Numbered from the stretch's first letter, positions 1 to 11,079 are shown. The stretch is 43,253 bases of DNA from a virus (IMGVR_UViG_2778261009_000005:1-43253); one strand, 5' to 3'. Numbers and translations: made by a program. Notes: generated from the sequence alone by a model not told the origin.

Positions 1-64
1 AGTACCAGCGTACGGCCCACAGAATGATGTCACGCTGAAAATGCCGGCCTTTGAATGGGTTCAT
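1..64 (-). CDS. tnp26: IS26 transposase Tnp26, N-terminal part (partial)
   Basis: Minus-strand translation from ATG at 62-64 gives MNPFKGRHFQRDIILWAVRWY, the IS26 transposase N-terminus; runs off the window. Confidence 0.8.
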   Translation of the reverse strand, partial: MNPFKGRHFQRDIILWAVRWY

Positions 65-127
65 GTGCAGCTCCATCAGCAAAAGGGGATGATAAGTTTA
101 TCACCACCGACTATTTGCAACAGTGCC
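1..127 (-). mobile_element. IS26 left end (partial, continues beyond window start)
   Basis: Reverse complement of 1-127 reads as the IS26 end: 14-bp terminal IR GGCACTGTTGCAAA at 114-127 and the start of the transposase ORF. Confidence 0.85.
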
Positions 128-349
128 GGAAGGAATATGATTCATATCGGTGAGGAAGGTGCCCAGAAAACGGACACATCCAATTTGCAGGGCAATGCCC
201 AGACGGTTGTGATCACCTCTGCTTTTTCCGATAAATTCCTTGTCTGCTTCATCAAGGTGAAAATATCGTGCCAGCTGAAGCTCATCCGGTTCACCGGTGA
301 ATCTGCCATAGCTTTCAGTCTGCTCAGTGGTCAGAAAGTCAACGGGCAT
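128..349 (-). pseudogene. tnpA: tnpA 5' remnant (Tn3-family transposase, first ~74 codons) interrupted by IS26
   Basis: Minus-strand ORF starting at 347-349 encodes [32 protein letters not shown]...; homology stops at the IS26 IR (127/128). Confidence 0.8.
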
Positions 350-1070
<721 letters not shown>

Positions 1071-1182
1071 TACGCCTATTTTTATAGGTTAATGTCATGA
1101 TAATAATGGTTTCTTAGACGTCAGGTGGCACTTTTCGGGGAAATGTGCGCGGAACCCCTATTTGTTTATTTTTCTAAATACA

Positions 1183-1211
1183 TTCAAATATGTATCCGCT
1201 CATGAGACAAT
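1183..1211 (+). promoter_or_regulatory. blaTEM promoter (P3-like: -35 TTCAAA, -10 GACAAT)
   Basis: TTCAAATATGTATCCGCTCATGAGACAAT about 40 bp upstream of the bla start. Confidence 0.5.
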
Positions 1212-1240
1212 AACCCTGGTAAATGCTTCAATAATATTGA

Positions 1241-2113
<873 letters not shown>

Positions 2114-2222
2114 CTGTCAGACCAAGTTTACTCATATATACTTTAGATTGATTTAAAACTTCATTTTTAATTTAAAAGGATCTAGGTGAAGATCCTTTTT
2201 GATAATCTCATGACCAAAATCC

Positions 2223-2260
2223 CTTAACGTGAGTTTTAGTTCCACTGAGCGTCAGACCCC
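2223..2260. repeat. Tn3-family 38-bp terminal inverted repeat (IRR)
   Basis: CTTAACGTGAGTTTTAGTTCCACTGAGCGTCAGACCCC, one mismatch to the Tn3 IR as remembered. Confidence 0.85.
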
Positions 2261-2467
2261 TTTTACCGCGCTTTTCCGCGTTTTGCTGGCTGGTGGGCGC
2301 TCTTTCTGTTTAGCGATACGGCGGTCGATAGAATCCCGCATTTTCTGATATTGCGATTCTCGCCAAGCGGGGTCAGCCAACTTTTCCCGTTGCCGAGCGA
2401 TCGCTCGTTCTCTGGCTGCCTTCTGCCACTCGCGGCGCTGTTCAAGTTTTTGTTCGATTGTTTTCAT
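2252..2467 (-). pseudogene. ref: ref-like gene (P1 Ref, RecA-dependent nuclease), N-terminal ~69 codons; 3' part displaced by the transposon
   Basis: Highly basic N-terminus MKTIEQKLEQRREWQKAARERAIARQREK... (about 21 K/R in 70 aa); the reading frame runs into the Tn IR at 2260 and the last codons are transposon-derived; lies downstream of cre. Confidence 0.45.
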
Positions 2468-2472
2468 ATGGC

Positions 2473-2499
2473 AAAAAAAAAGGCGGCCTAATGGCCGCC
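2473..2499 (-). terminator. Intrinsic terminator (minus strand) immediately upstream of the ref-like start codon
   Basis: Minus strand reads GGCGGCC-ATTA-GGCCGCC followed by T9. Confidence 0.6.
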
Positions 2500-2566
2500 A
2501 ATGATGTCAAGGAGTTAAGTAATGGCAACGTCTTCGTAGTTGACAAAAACTGCGGCTTAATTATAG

Positions 2567-2583
2567 CAATCAATTAGAGCAAT
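2567..2583 (-). promoter_or_regulatory. C1 operator-like site with adjacent extended -10 (TGcTATAAT, minus strand at 2560-2568)
   Basis: Minus strand ATTGCTCTAATTGATTG, 14/17 match to the P1 operator consensus ATTGCTCTAATAAATTT. Confidence 0.55.
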
Positions 2584-2690
2584 GGTAGATATTTTGTTAA
2601 TCGCGAATCACATTTTTTCACTTCAGTACCTGTGTGCTATACTCCTTCTTGATTGATTGGATGCGGAATACAAACCCGCTCTTTTGTGCA

Positions 2691-2717
2691 GCCTGGCTCC
2701 TTGCCAGGCTTTTTTTA
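2691..2717 (+). terminator. Intrinsic terminator (plus strand)
   Basis: GCCTGG-ctccttg-CCAGGC followed by T7 (tttttttattt). Confidence 0.6.
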
Positions 2718-3026
2718 TTTCATCATGGAAGCTGTTAACGCTTTGGATCTTGCTGAACTGATTGAAAGGGCATTGTTTACCTTACCCAGGAGTTCGCCAA
2801 ATTCCACCATCACTCTAGTAAGCCCGCGCCGCGCTTCCTCCTCCGTTGCATTCATCACAAAATGTTCAGCACTCCGCATGCTTTTAACGGGGAACGCAAC
2901 AGATATCGAGTCGATATCAGGCATCCTATCGCTCAACTTTACGGTGACAATGACAGATGGTGACTGAATTTGAGAGCTTACAGACAGCACCACATATTTT
3001 CCGTCTATTTTGAAATCCTTCCGCAT
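2715..3026 (-). CDS. Hypothetical protein between cre and ref (cra position)
   Basis: 103-aa ORF preceded by a C1-operator-like site; no recognisable motif. Confidence 0.3.
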   Translation of the reverse strand: MRKDFKIDGKYVVLSVSSQIQSPSVIVTVKLSDRMPDIDSISVAFPVKSMRSAEHFVMNATEEEARRGLTRVMVEFGELLGKVNNALSISSARSKALTASMMK

Positions 3027-3042
3027 GTGTCACCATAAATAT

Positions 3043-3059
3043 CAAATAATTAGAGCAAT
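3043..3059 (-). promoter_or_regulatory. C1 operator-like site
   Basis: Minus strand ATTGCTCTAATTATTTG, 14/17 match to consensus. Confidence 0.5.
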
Positions 3060-3076
3060 CAGTTGCAAATAAACGG

Positions 3077-4108
3077 CTAATCGCCATCTTCCAGCAGGCG
3101 CACCATTGCCCCCGTTTCACTATCCAGGTTACGAATGTAGTTCATGACAATATTTACGTTGGTCCAGCCACCAGCTTGCATGATCTCCGGTATTGAAACT
3201 CCGGCGCGGGCCATATCTCGCGCGGCTCCGACACGGGCACTGTGTCCAGACCAGGCCAGGTATCTCTGACCAGAGTCATCCTTAGCGCCGTAAATCAATC
3301 GATGAGTTGCTTCAAAAATCCCTTCCAGGGCGCGAGTTGATAGCTGGCTGGTAGCAGATGGCGCGGCAACACCATTTTTTCTGACACGGCAAAACAAGTA
3401 GTTATTCGGATCATCAGCCACACCAGAGACAGAAATCCATCGCTCGACCAGTTTAGTTACCCCCAGGCTAAGTGCCTTCTCTACACCTGCGGTGCTAACC
3501 AGCGTTTTCGTTCTGCCAATATGGATTAACATTCTCCCACCGTCAGTACGTGAGATATCTTTAACCCTGATCCTGGCAATTTCGGCTATACGTAACAGGG
3601 TGTTATAAGCAATCCCCAGAAATGCCAGATTACGTATATCCTGGCAGCGATCGCTATTTTCCATGAGTGAACGAACCTGGTCGAAATCAGTGCGTTCGAA
3701 CGCCAGTGCCTGTTTTGCACGTTCACCGGCATCAACGTTTTCTTTTCGGATCCGTCGCATGACCAGTGAAACAGCATTACTGTCACTTGGTCGTGGCAGC
3801 CCGGACCGACGATGAAGCATGTTTAGCTGGCCCAAATGTTGCTGGATAGTTTTTACTGCCAGACCGCGCGCCTGAAGATATAGAAGATAATCGCGAACAT
3901 CTTCAGGTTCTGCGGGAAACCATTTCCGGTTATTCAACTTGCACCATGCCGCCCACGACCGGCAAACGGACAGAAGCATTTTCCAGGTATGCTCAGAAAA
4001 CGCCTGGCGATCCCTGAACATGTCCATCAGATTCTTGCGAACCTCATCACTCGTTGCATCGACCGGTAATGCAGGCAAATTTTGGTGTACGGTCAGTAAA
4101 TTGGACAT
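3077..4108 (-). CDS. cre: Cre site-specific recombinase (tyrosine recombinase)
   Basis: 343-aa ORF MSNLLTVHQNLPALPVDATSDEVRKNLMDMFRDRQAFSEHTWKMLLSVCRSWAAWCKLNNRKWFPAEPEDVRDYLLYLQARGLAVKTIQQHLGQLNMLHRRSGLPRPSDSNAVSLVMRRIRKENVDAGERAKQALAFERTDFDQVRSLMENSDRCQDIRNLAFLGIAYNTLLRIAEIARIRVKDISRTDGGRMLIHIGRTKTLVSTAGVEKALSLGVTKLVERWISVSGVADDPNNYLFCRVRKNGVAAPSATSQLSTRALEGIFEATHRLIYGAKDDSGQRYLAWSGHSARVGAARDMARAGVSIPEIMQAGGWTNVNIVMNYIRNLDSETGAMVRLLEDGD matches P1 Cre as remembered. Confidence 0.97.
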   Translation of the reverse strand: MSNLLTVHQNLPALPVDATSDEVRKNLMDMFRDRQAFSEHTWKMLLSVCRSWAAWCKLNNRKWFPAEPEDVRDYLLYLQARGLAVKTIQQHLGQLNMLHRRSGLPRPSDSNAVSLVMRRIRKENVDAGERAKQALAFERTDFDQVRSLMENSDRCQDIRNLAFLGIAYNTLLRIAEIARIRVKDISRTDGGRMLIHIGRTKTLVSTAGVEKALSLGVTKLVERWISVSGVADDPNNYLFCRVRKNGVAAPSATSQLSTRALEGIFEATHRLIYGAKDDSGQRYLAWSGHSARVGAARDMARAGVSIPEIMQAGGWTNVNIVMNYIRNLDSETGAMVRLLEDGD

Positions 4109-4430
4109 TTAACACTCAGATAATGGTTTTAAGTAAAGTGTACAGGATCGGCTCTGCCTTTACCTGTTTATGGTTCTCGTCATAGAAACGCCAGCGACCG
4201 CGCGTGCGTTCTATTTTTTCTTCACCGCGCGATAATGACAGTTGGCAACTATCACGATCAAACCCTTTTGCCCGCCAGTAACCACGGTTTTTCTCAAGCT
4301 CAAGATGAGTGGACACTTTAGCAGTTGAATATCCCATTTTTCACCTCTGATTGATTGGTGGTGCTAAGTGCGCTACGCGAAATCTGTAGGACTAACACCG
4401 CCAATTTTTCACAGATTTTACGTAGCGCAA

Positions 4431-4510
4431 CCTTGATCAAATGATCAAGTGATCACTATTTGACCTGCCAAGGTATTGAACTGTATGGATTTACAGGTAA
4501 ATTGATCATA
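4431..4510. promoter_or_regulatory. Cluster of four GATC (Dam) sites in the cre upstream region
   Basis: GATC at about 4435, 4443, 4451 and 4504; P1 cre promoters are known to be Dam-sensitive. Confidence 0.45.
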
Positions 4511-4526
4511 TTCAATAACCCTTAAT

Positions 4527-4560
4527 ATAACTTCGTATAATGAACGCTATACGAAGTTAT
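4527..4560. other. lox recombination site (loxP arms, variant spacer)
   Basis: ATAACTTCGTATA-ATGAACGC-TATACGAAGTTAT: perfect 13-bp loxP arms, 8-bp spacer differing at 2 positions from canonical ATGTATGC. Confidence 0.85.
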
Positions 4561-4603
4561 TAGGTCTGAAGAGGAGTTTACGTCCAGCTGCGTATAAAAA
4601 TCA

Positions 4604-4620
4604 AGAATTATTAGAGCAAT
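4604..4620 (-). promoter_or_regulatory. C1 operator-like site (Op99-region)
   Basis: Minus strand ATTGCTCTAATAATTCT, 15/17 match. Confidence 0.6.
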
Positions 4621-4680
4621 AAATTTTGAGAGAAAAATCCCACTCCACCAGCCAAAAACTGGATTGTTTTTCATAGTTGT

Positions 4681-4703
4681 TTGACAATTGCTCTAATAAA
4701 TTA
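4681..4703 (+). promoter_or_regulatory. Promoter -35 TTGACA followed by C1 operator-like site (Op99-region), rightward toward coi/c1
   Basis: TTGACA at 4681-4686 followed by ATTGCTCTAATAAATTA (16/17) at 4687-4703. Confidence 0.6.
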
Positions 4704-4941
4704 TAGTTTTGCCGCCGTTTCGTAATACAACTTTGGATTCACTATTTAATGTGTCTTCAGCGTTGTAGAGCGGCTCAGAAGGAAATGAGCAAACAGGGAA
4801 ACCTTATACAACGGCATTACAGCTATGCATTGCTCATCTTACACACAGCGCAATGTTGTAGGATTACCCCAGCATGGATCATGGGTGAAACAGTAGGTCA
4901 GAGCTTCAGGCTCTGTGTTGTCAATACAGTGAGGCATAATT

Positions 4942-5151
4942 ATGGCTTTCATTCCACCAACCATCGACGACGTTAGACATTGCTCTAACGCTTTATCTGT
5001 AGACCCCGCCGAAACCGACGCTGCCCGCGCCATTGCTGAACACTACTCAAAGATATCCAATCAGGAGTACCGCATCACCCAAGACGACCTGGATGATCTC
5101 ACTGACACAATCGAATATCTCATGGCCACTAACCAGCCAGACTCACAATAA
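4942..5151 (+). CDS. coi: Coi, C1 inactivator
   Basis: 69-aa ORF MAFIPPTIDDVRHCSNALSV... directly upstream of c1, with a GAGG ribosome-binding site. Confidence 0.85.
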   Translation: MAFIPPTIDDVRHCSNALSVDPAETDAARAIAEHYSKISNQEYRITQDDLDDLTDTIEYLMATNQPDSQ

Positions 5152-5167
5152 ATGCACTAATAAATCT
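5151..5167 (+). promoter_or_regulatory. C1 operator-like site upstream of c1 (Op99a position)
   Basis: AATGCACTAATAAATCT, 14/17 match; followed by TATAAT at 5189-5194. Confidence 0.5.
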
Positions 5168-5261
5168 ATTATTTTCGTTGGATCCTTCTATAATGGTGGC
5201 CAACAACTCCCAGTGTAATCCGCTGTGAGTTGTTGGCCATGTCAATTCTGGAGGAGGATCA

Positions 5262-6113
5262 ATGATAAATTATGTCTACGGCGAACAACTGTACCAGGAG
5301 TTCGTCAGCTTCAGGGATCTCTTTCTAAAAAAAGCTGTTGCACGCGCCCAACACGTTGATGCCGCCAGCGACGGTCGTCCTGTTCGCCCGGTTGTCGTTC
5401 TGCCGTTCAAAGAAACGGACAGCATTCAGGCTGAAATTGATAAATGGACTTTAATGGCGCGGGAACTGGAACAGTACCCAGACCTCAATATCCCAAAGAC
5501 TATTTTATATCCAGTGCCTAACATCCTTCGCGGTGTGCGTAAGGTTACAACTTATCAGACAGAAGCTGTGAACAGCGTCAACATGACCGCTGGCCGCATT
5601 ATTCATCTGATTGATAAGGACATTCGCATCCAGAAAAGCGCGGGGATCAATGAGCACAGTGCGAAATACATAGAGAACCTGGAAGCAACAAAAGAGCTAA
5701 TGAAGCAGTACCCGGAGGATGAAAAATTCCGTATGCGTGTACACGGCTTTAGCGAAACAATGTTGCGCGTCCATTACATTTCCAGTAGCCCTAACTACAA
5801 TGATGGTAAATCAGTTAGTTACCATGTGCCGCTGTGTGGTGTGTTTATCTGCGATGAAACTCTCCGTGATGGAATCATCATCAACGGTGAATTCGAGAAA
5901 GCAAAATTTAGCCTTTATGACTCTATAGAACCGATCATCTGCGACCGCTGGCCGCAGGCAAAAATATATCGCCTGGCAGATATTGAAAATGTAAAAAAAC
6001 AAATTGCCATCACTCGCGAAGAGAAAAAGGTCAAATCAGCCGCATCAGTTACGCGCAGCCGTAAAACTAAGAAGGGGCAGCCAGTAAACAGCAACCCCGA
6101 AAGCGCGCAATAG
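5262..6113 (+). CDS. c1: C1 repressor of lysis (immC)
   Basis: 283-aa ORF MINYVYGEQLYQEFVSFRDLFLKKAVARAQ... matches P1 C1 as remembered; GGAGGAGG ribosome-binding site. Confidence 0.93.
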   Translation: MINYVYGEQLYQEFVSFRDLFLKKAVARAQHVDAASDGRPVRPVVVLPFKETDSIQAEIDKWTLMARELEQYPDLNIPKTILYPVPNILRGVRKVTTYQTEAVNSVNMTAGRIIHLIDKDIRIQKSAGINEHSAKYIENLEATKELMKQYPEDEKFRMRVHGFSETMLRVHYISSSPNYNDGKSVSYHVPLCGVFICDETLRDGIIINGEFEKAKFSLYDSIEPIICDRWPQAKIYRLADIENVKKQIAITREEKKVKSAASVTRSRKTKKGQPVNSNPESAQ

Positions 6114-6138
6114 TTTTCCATCCGGCATGGTCAAATTG

Positions 6139-7623
6139 TTATTCATTAAGCCATGCCAGAGCTTCATCAACCTGCGCTTCGTCTTCGACGCTAAGCACTT
6201 CATCTTGGGGAACATAGTTCGCCAACATAGCGAAACAATATGTATCCCAATGGTCCGGTGAGTGCAGGTTGAGTTTTTTCTTCATATCTTCCTTTGACAT
6301 CACCTTCCATTGACCTGCGGAATTTATCCCTACCGGTATCTTTGATGCTTCCTCTATAGTCGCAGCCCCCTTATCAAGCCGCATACGCCCTGATTTTACA
6401 GCTTCTGCCGCCTGAATATTCGCGAAAGCGCGCATATCGAAATAAAGGCTTTTATCTTCACGGCTGTGCATCTTTTTACCCCAGCGGATACGCTGGACGG
6501 TAATGCCATAGCGTTCGTACATTAGATCAGCCGTCGATTTCCCCAAGCCATCGCCATCAATAGCTATGGTTATGTTCGGGAACCGTTCTGGGTTACATTC
6601 TGCGAAAATCTTGGCGGCTAACTGCGTTTCTGTAACGTCTGTGTATTCCAGCATACGATAGTTGATTACACGGCGTTTATTTCGCTGGCCGGACACCATC
6701 ATGATATTAATAACGGACTTATCTCGTCCTGTGCCACCAGCAACGTCAACACATGCAACCCAGCCCCATCCTTTGGCAATCTTGACCTTTCGCCGCGTCG
6801 CCCGCTCAACCTCATCACGACCAAGAAGAAAGCCATCTTGAGATTTGGGAAATTCACCACGTACTTTGATCATGTACATGGGGTTATCACGACCGCCATA
6901 CTCCGCAAGTTTTGCTCGTATAAATTTTGCATCTACAAGCGGAGATTCTTCACTATTCAGTATTATCGCAGTAAACAATCCATCAGGATTTCCCGGGCGA
7001 ATAGCTAGTCTGTGGTGTGAATCGTAGAAATAGCCTGAAGGTCGCGTAGGCTGGGAAAGAAGCAGAATACGGTTATCCTTACCGGTCAGCGCACCTGTTA
7101 TCACACTGAATGCTTTATCACTCACACCCGACGCTTCGTCGATGATATACAAGAGATGATCGGCGTGTTCACCAGCCAACGCCTCCTCATTTCCGGGGCG
7201 ACAGGACTTTATCAATATTGTCCAAACACCCTTGCCAGTCACCTCAAAAAAAGACGTTTCTGTAAGAATGAAATACTTCGACAACCACGGGAATCTGCTA
7301 ACAGCAGTAGCCCAATTGCTCTTTATGTATTTGAAAATACCATCAAGGACTTGCTGTCTTTTGTTAGCGACCAGAATGACGCGAGCGCCGGGGAAAAACA
7401 TGATGAAGAGTATTGCAATGATACTCGTCATATCCGATTTACCAGTACCATGGCCGGAGGTCACACTTGTCCAACTGCCGTCCTGCTGCGTGGACTCAAT
7501 GATCTCATCCTGCTGCCAGGTTGGTGTCTTCCCAAACAACACATCAGCGGCCGCAATCCAGTCATAACGATATAGCGCCACAAGCTCGCGCCAACGTGGG
7601 TCCGTTACGCAACTTCTGGCCAT
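6139..7623 (-). CDS. pacB: PacB, pacase/terminase large subunit
   Basis: 494-aa ORF immediately downstream of pacA; P1 gene order. Confidence 0.9.
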
Positions 7624-8816
7624 TAATCATCATCCCCGTACAGTTTGCGGGTAACTTCTTCGTCTTCCTCCTCGTCTTCGTCCAGATCCTGTTCAAGCCA
7701 TGCTTCGTTTGATATGCCTTCCGCATCGACATCACCATAACCACCTGTATCGACGATATCGGCAATTTCTTCTCTACGATGCTCAATCCACAATGCCGCA
7801 TCAGCGCGGCGGCTGGCGGCCCGTTCTCGCGCGATTTTATCCAGATCTTCAAGTGATGGAGCGCCAGATGCTGTTTGGTTTTCCTCATCATCGGTATTGG
7901 TCTTAGGAGCACGCAGATCGGCTTTGATTTGCTCCAGCATCAGGGGCGGCACTTTTCCTCCATGCGCCTCGATGAATTCAGCCGCTTCCAGCACTGACCA
8001 GTTATTTTCACGCTTTCGTTCGTATGCCAGCTTAACAATGCCAGCTTGCCCCATAGACAAAGCGTGCTTTTCCGCCTCCCGGCTTTCTTTTCGATAGTTA
8101 TTCCGGATGCTGTAAATGGTGTTGATCAGGCTGCTTATCTGCGCGGAACAGCTGTTTAGCATGCTCGCGATACGGTATTCAGGCGGAGTACCTTCATCAT
8201 CGTCTTTTTGCTGATCGCGCATTTCCTGCACCAGGCGAATACACGTATCCCTGGCGTTCTCCAGCATAAGGAGATGAGAAAGAGACTTTTCCAGAAGAGT
8301 GGTTTCCAGAACATCGGCCCCGGACCGACGCAACATAGCGCGCGCGGCCTTCCGCGCTTCAACGTTATCTATCAGGTAATCGCCAGCTTCGAATTCAAAG
8401 CGTTCACCATCATCATCCAGGGTGTCGCGTTCCAGGCGATCACGTAAGGTCCGGTGGGCGCGGGTGATCACGTCATGATCATCTGAACGATCATTTATGC
8501 GCTTATTTTGGCGCTTCGCATTATCGACTGCGGCACTGACAACGGCATTAACTCTTTGTTTTTCATCCATTTCAGCCACAACGTGATCACCTGCACGTTG
8601 ATCATTAGCGTGATCAATGATCATGCTTTTTAGTGGTTTCCTGACAGGCTTATTTGGCTTACGGCTGTCCGCTGTTCCGGTGTCTTCTTTGAATGCACGG
8701 AGATAACGACGTGCGGTGTTTGGGTTGAGATTAAACTCGGCGGCATATTGTGCGATGGTGTAACCACCATCTCGCGCCAGGCGAGCAAAATTCTTCTTGT
8801 GATCGTCCCAGGTCAC
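7623..8816 (-). CDS. pacA: PacA, pacase/terminase small subunit
   Basis: 397-aa ORF (GTG start with AAAGGAAG ribosome-binding site) containing the pac site; acidic C-terminus. Confidence 0.9.
8461..8625. other. pac packaging site (seven GATC-containing hexamers in clusters of 3 and 4)
   Basis: TGATCA/TGATCG-type elements at about 8467, 8478, 8490 and 8586, 8601, 8613, 8620 inside pacA, as described for the P1 pac site. Confidence 0.75.
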
Positions 8817-8902
8817 TTATGCTTCCTTTCGTATAAAACTCTTTTTGACGCGAGGGTAACGAAAGTCACATGTCAAAAGGCCCGGAACGGGCAAGCAATC
8901 AA

Positions 8903-9355
8903 TCAGATACGTGCGGATGTGGCATTACCGTAATGACGGTGCTGACGGACCACCTTATTGAAAAATTGACGCGCCATTACCCAAGGCTGGTGCTCCCGGC
9001 GTTCCTTTTCGTCCTGCGTCATATAGAGTTCGTTCTGGAGTTTTTCATCAAACCGGCGCGGAGCGCGACTGCGGCGAAAGAATTCAGGATTCAGAGAGTG
9101 GATCTGAAATCTACGTGGGCGTGTACTGTCATCAATCAAAACAGACGAATACTTAGACACAGCGATAGCCTTTAAGCGCAGATAAACATCGCGCTTATCG
9201 ACATCCAGATGCGGGTATTCCTTTTCAAGAATTGCTGCGAGTTCTTTCGCTGATAGAAGAGATTTAGTGCGGATCATGTAATCCGCAATCTCGTACGATG
9301 TTATTCGTGAGTGATTTATTTCCATGAAGTGGCGTCCCTGCCAGTTAAGTAACAT
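8903..9355 (-). CDS. lpa: Lpa, late promoter activator
   Basis: 150-aa ORF upstream of pacA with a C1 operator in its promoter region. Confidence 0.8.
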   Translation of the reverse strand: MLLNWQGRHFMEINHSRITSYEIADYMIRTKSLLSAKELAAILEKEYPHLDVDKRDVYLRLKAIAVSKYSSVLIDDSTRPRRFQIHSLNPEFFRRSRAPRRFDEKLQNELYMTQDEKERREHQPWVMARQFFNKVVRQHRHYGNATSARI

Positions 9356-9425
9356 CCTGTCACCTACTGATTAGCCCATGTCAACTAATCAACGTCGAAT
9401 ATAATACCCTCGATTAAAGAAATAG

Positions 9426-9442
9426 CAATACATTAGAGCAAT
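9426..9442 (-). promoter_or_regulatory. C1 operator-like site upstream of lpa
   Basis: Minus strand ATTGCTCTAATGTATTG, 14/17 match, between the pdcB stop and lpa start. Confidence 0.55.
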
Positions 9443-9443
9443 T

Positions 9444-10487
9444 TTATCTAACACTCGACGAATGACTTGTGATAGCGCCAACTCCAAGCGCGTAATCAAA
9501 GAACAATCGTTGATGCATCGCCAGCCTACCGTGCGTCTTCTCCCAATTATCGCGGTCACGCTCAATATCACGCTGGCATGACTGGCACAGAGGAATAGCA
9601 TAAATGTCATGCGCGCATAATCGACTATGACGAACTATATAAGGCGTAATGTGAGCGCCAGCTCCCGCAGCTCCACAGCCACAGCATGGACGGGAAGCCA
9701 CAAAGTCCATGTACTCGGGCAATTTTAGCGATTGAAGTTTTGGTATTTTGAAATGCGCCATACCTGGGTCGGAGTCAACATCCACAGGGCATACTTTTGC
9801 ACGCATCGGCGCGGCGCGTTCTTCCATCATCTGAACATATGCTGTAGCGCGATCGTCATACGGGCGAATATCCGCCTCTTTCAGAGGTCCGCTATCCTGC
9901 GGAATAGCCTTCATCTTATTTATTGATATGCGGCAGACTTCTTCCGGCATCAGGTGCATCATGTTGCGCATGAAAGCCCACCAGCACAGCTCCTGAATAC
10001 TTAAATCATGGCTATTTGAAAGGCCCATTTCCTGACGGGCGACATCCAGTATCCAGTTAACGCGATTATTGTGCAGCGTTTCTTTCAGCTCATTAAAACC
10101 ACGCATCCGATAATGGTGATCGTGATGCCAGCACAACAACACCGCGCTATTGTCTCGTTCAGCGTGGACAATATGGTTGTCACACCAACTACGATCTGCG
10201 GCCTGGCATTGCCCCTCTTTCCTGCGCAACCACGCCACCAGCGCGTCAATTCCACCAATACGGCGAAACAGTTCATCGCTGTTAAAAAACGGCTGCAACG
10301 CCTCATTTGTTGCCATGGTTTGCTCGGTAACAACGAGGCCGTCTTCCATGTGCTCGATTAACTCACGCGGCACCGGCTCCATAATAAATTTACGGCCAGC
10401 CTCCACCAGCTTTCTGACCTCCTGATCCACTTTGAACGTGGCGAGGCCAAGCTCTTTCTGTACAAAGGGAGTAATTACGGCTTTCAC
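9444..10487 (-). CDS. pdcB: PdcB-position protein with Cys-rich zinc-binding motifs
   Basis: 347-aa ORF between pdcA and lpa; [12 protein letters not shown] and CxxC motifs. Confidence 0.55.
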   Translation of the reverse strand: MKAVITPFVQKELGLATFKVDQEVRKLVEAGRKFIMEPVPRELIEHMEDGLVVTEQTMATNEALQPFFNSDELFRRIGGIDALVAWLRRKEGQCQAADRSWCDNHIVHAERDNSAVLLCWHHDHHYRMRGFNELKETLHNNRVNWILDVARQEMGLSNSHDLSIQELCWWAFMRNMMHLMPEEVCRISINKMKAIPQDSGPLKEADIRPYDDRATAYVQMMEERAAPMRAKVCPVDVDSDPGMAHFKIPKLQSLKLPEYMDFVASRPCCGCGAAGAGAHITPYIVRHSRLCAHDIYAIPLCQSCQRDIERDRDNWEKTHGRLAMHQRLFFDYALGVGAITSHSSSVR

Positions 10488-10514
10488 ATCACACCTTTAA
10501 TCACTGATTGGGCT

Positions 10515-10694
10515 TTATCTGCTGCCCGGCATTCTCTGTTTAAGCACAACCATTTCCTGACGGCATAACACAGCAATAGCAGTCCTGGCTCCAATTTGCT
10601 TACCAACCAGGTATTGCTTTACCTCGCGGCGACTCACGCCATCAAGAAGCATCTTTAACGCTTCACGGGACAATTTGTTGTATTTGCGTGCCAT
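10515..10694 (-). CDS. pdcA: PdcA-position small protein
   Basis: 59-aa ORF from ATG at 10692-10694, 4 nt after the doc stop. Confidence 0.45.
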   Translation of the reverse strand: MARKYNKLSREALKMLLDGVSRREVKQYLVGKQIGARTAIAVLCRQEMVVLKQRMPGSR

Positions 10695-10698
10695 TAAT

Positions 10699-11079
10699 CT
10701 ACTCCGCAGAACCATACAATCTACGTAACGTGTCGGCGACAGAAGATACAGATATCTCGCCAGTCGCAGCGCCTACAGTAAGGTCTGCCAGTTCAGGTGA
10801 ATCAAATACCTGCACCCCGTTACGGCGTAGAAATAGCAGCGCGCTGTTTAGCGCGGTACGCTTATTGGCATCATTGAATATATGCCCTCTCGCTGTAGCC
10901 ACCAGGTAGGTGGCGGAGACTTCGAAAAGGTCGGTGATCTCTTCGTAGGCAACTCTGGCCTGAACTCTCCCGATAATGGCCTCTGCCCTACCCGGATCTG
11001 ACATTCCCGGCAGGCCGCCGTAGCGGCTTATATTCGCATCATGAAGCGCAATAAGTTCTTCCGGTGATATATGCCTCAT
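10699..11079 (-). CDS. doc: Doc toxin (Fic-fold kinase) of the phd-doc addiction module
   Basis: 126-aa [28 protein letters not shown]...; start overlaps the phd stop. Confidence 0.93.

Noticed and set aside
2653-2967. 104-aa plus-strand ORF (TTG start)
   Set aside because: Would have to read through the intrinsic terminator at 2691-2717 and overlaps the better-supported minus-strand ORF.
4116-4337. 73-aa minus-strand ORF between lox and cre
   Set aside because: Has a plausible SD and is preceded by the 11-mer, but lies in the cre promoter region where I know of no annotated gene; kept as a question under the findings rather than called.
4704-4941. imcA/imcB small ORFs between the Op99-region operators and coi
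   Set aside because: No short ORF with a convincing ribosome-binding site found by eye; track ORF 4749..4976 overlaps the coi start in another frame.
8817-8902. Lpa-dependent late promoter upstream of pacA
   Set aside because: An inverted repeat (TTTTGAC...GTCAAAA) and candidate -10 are present, but I cannot recall the late-promoter consensus well enough to call it.
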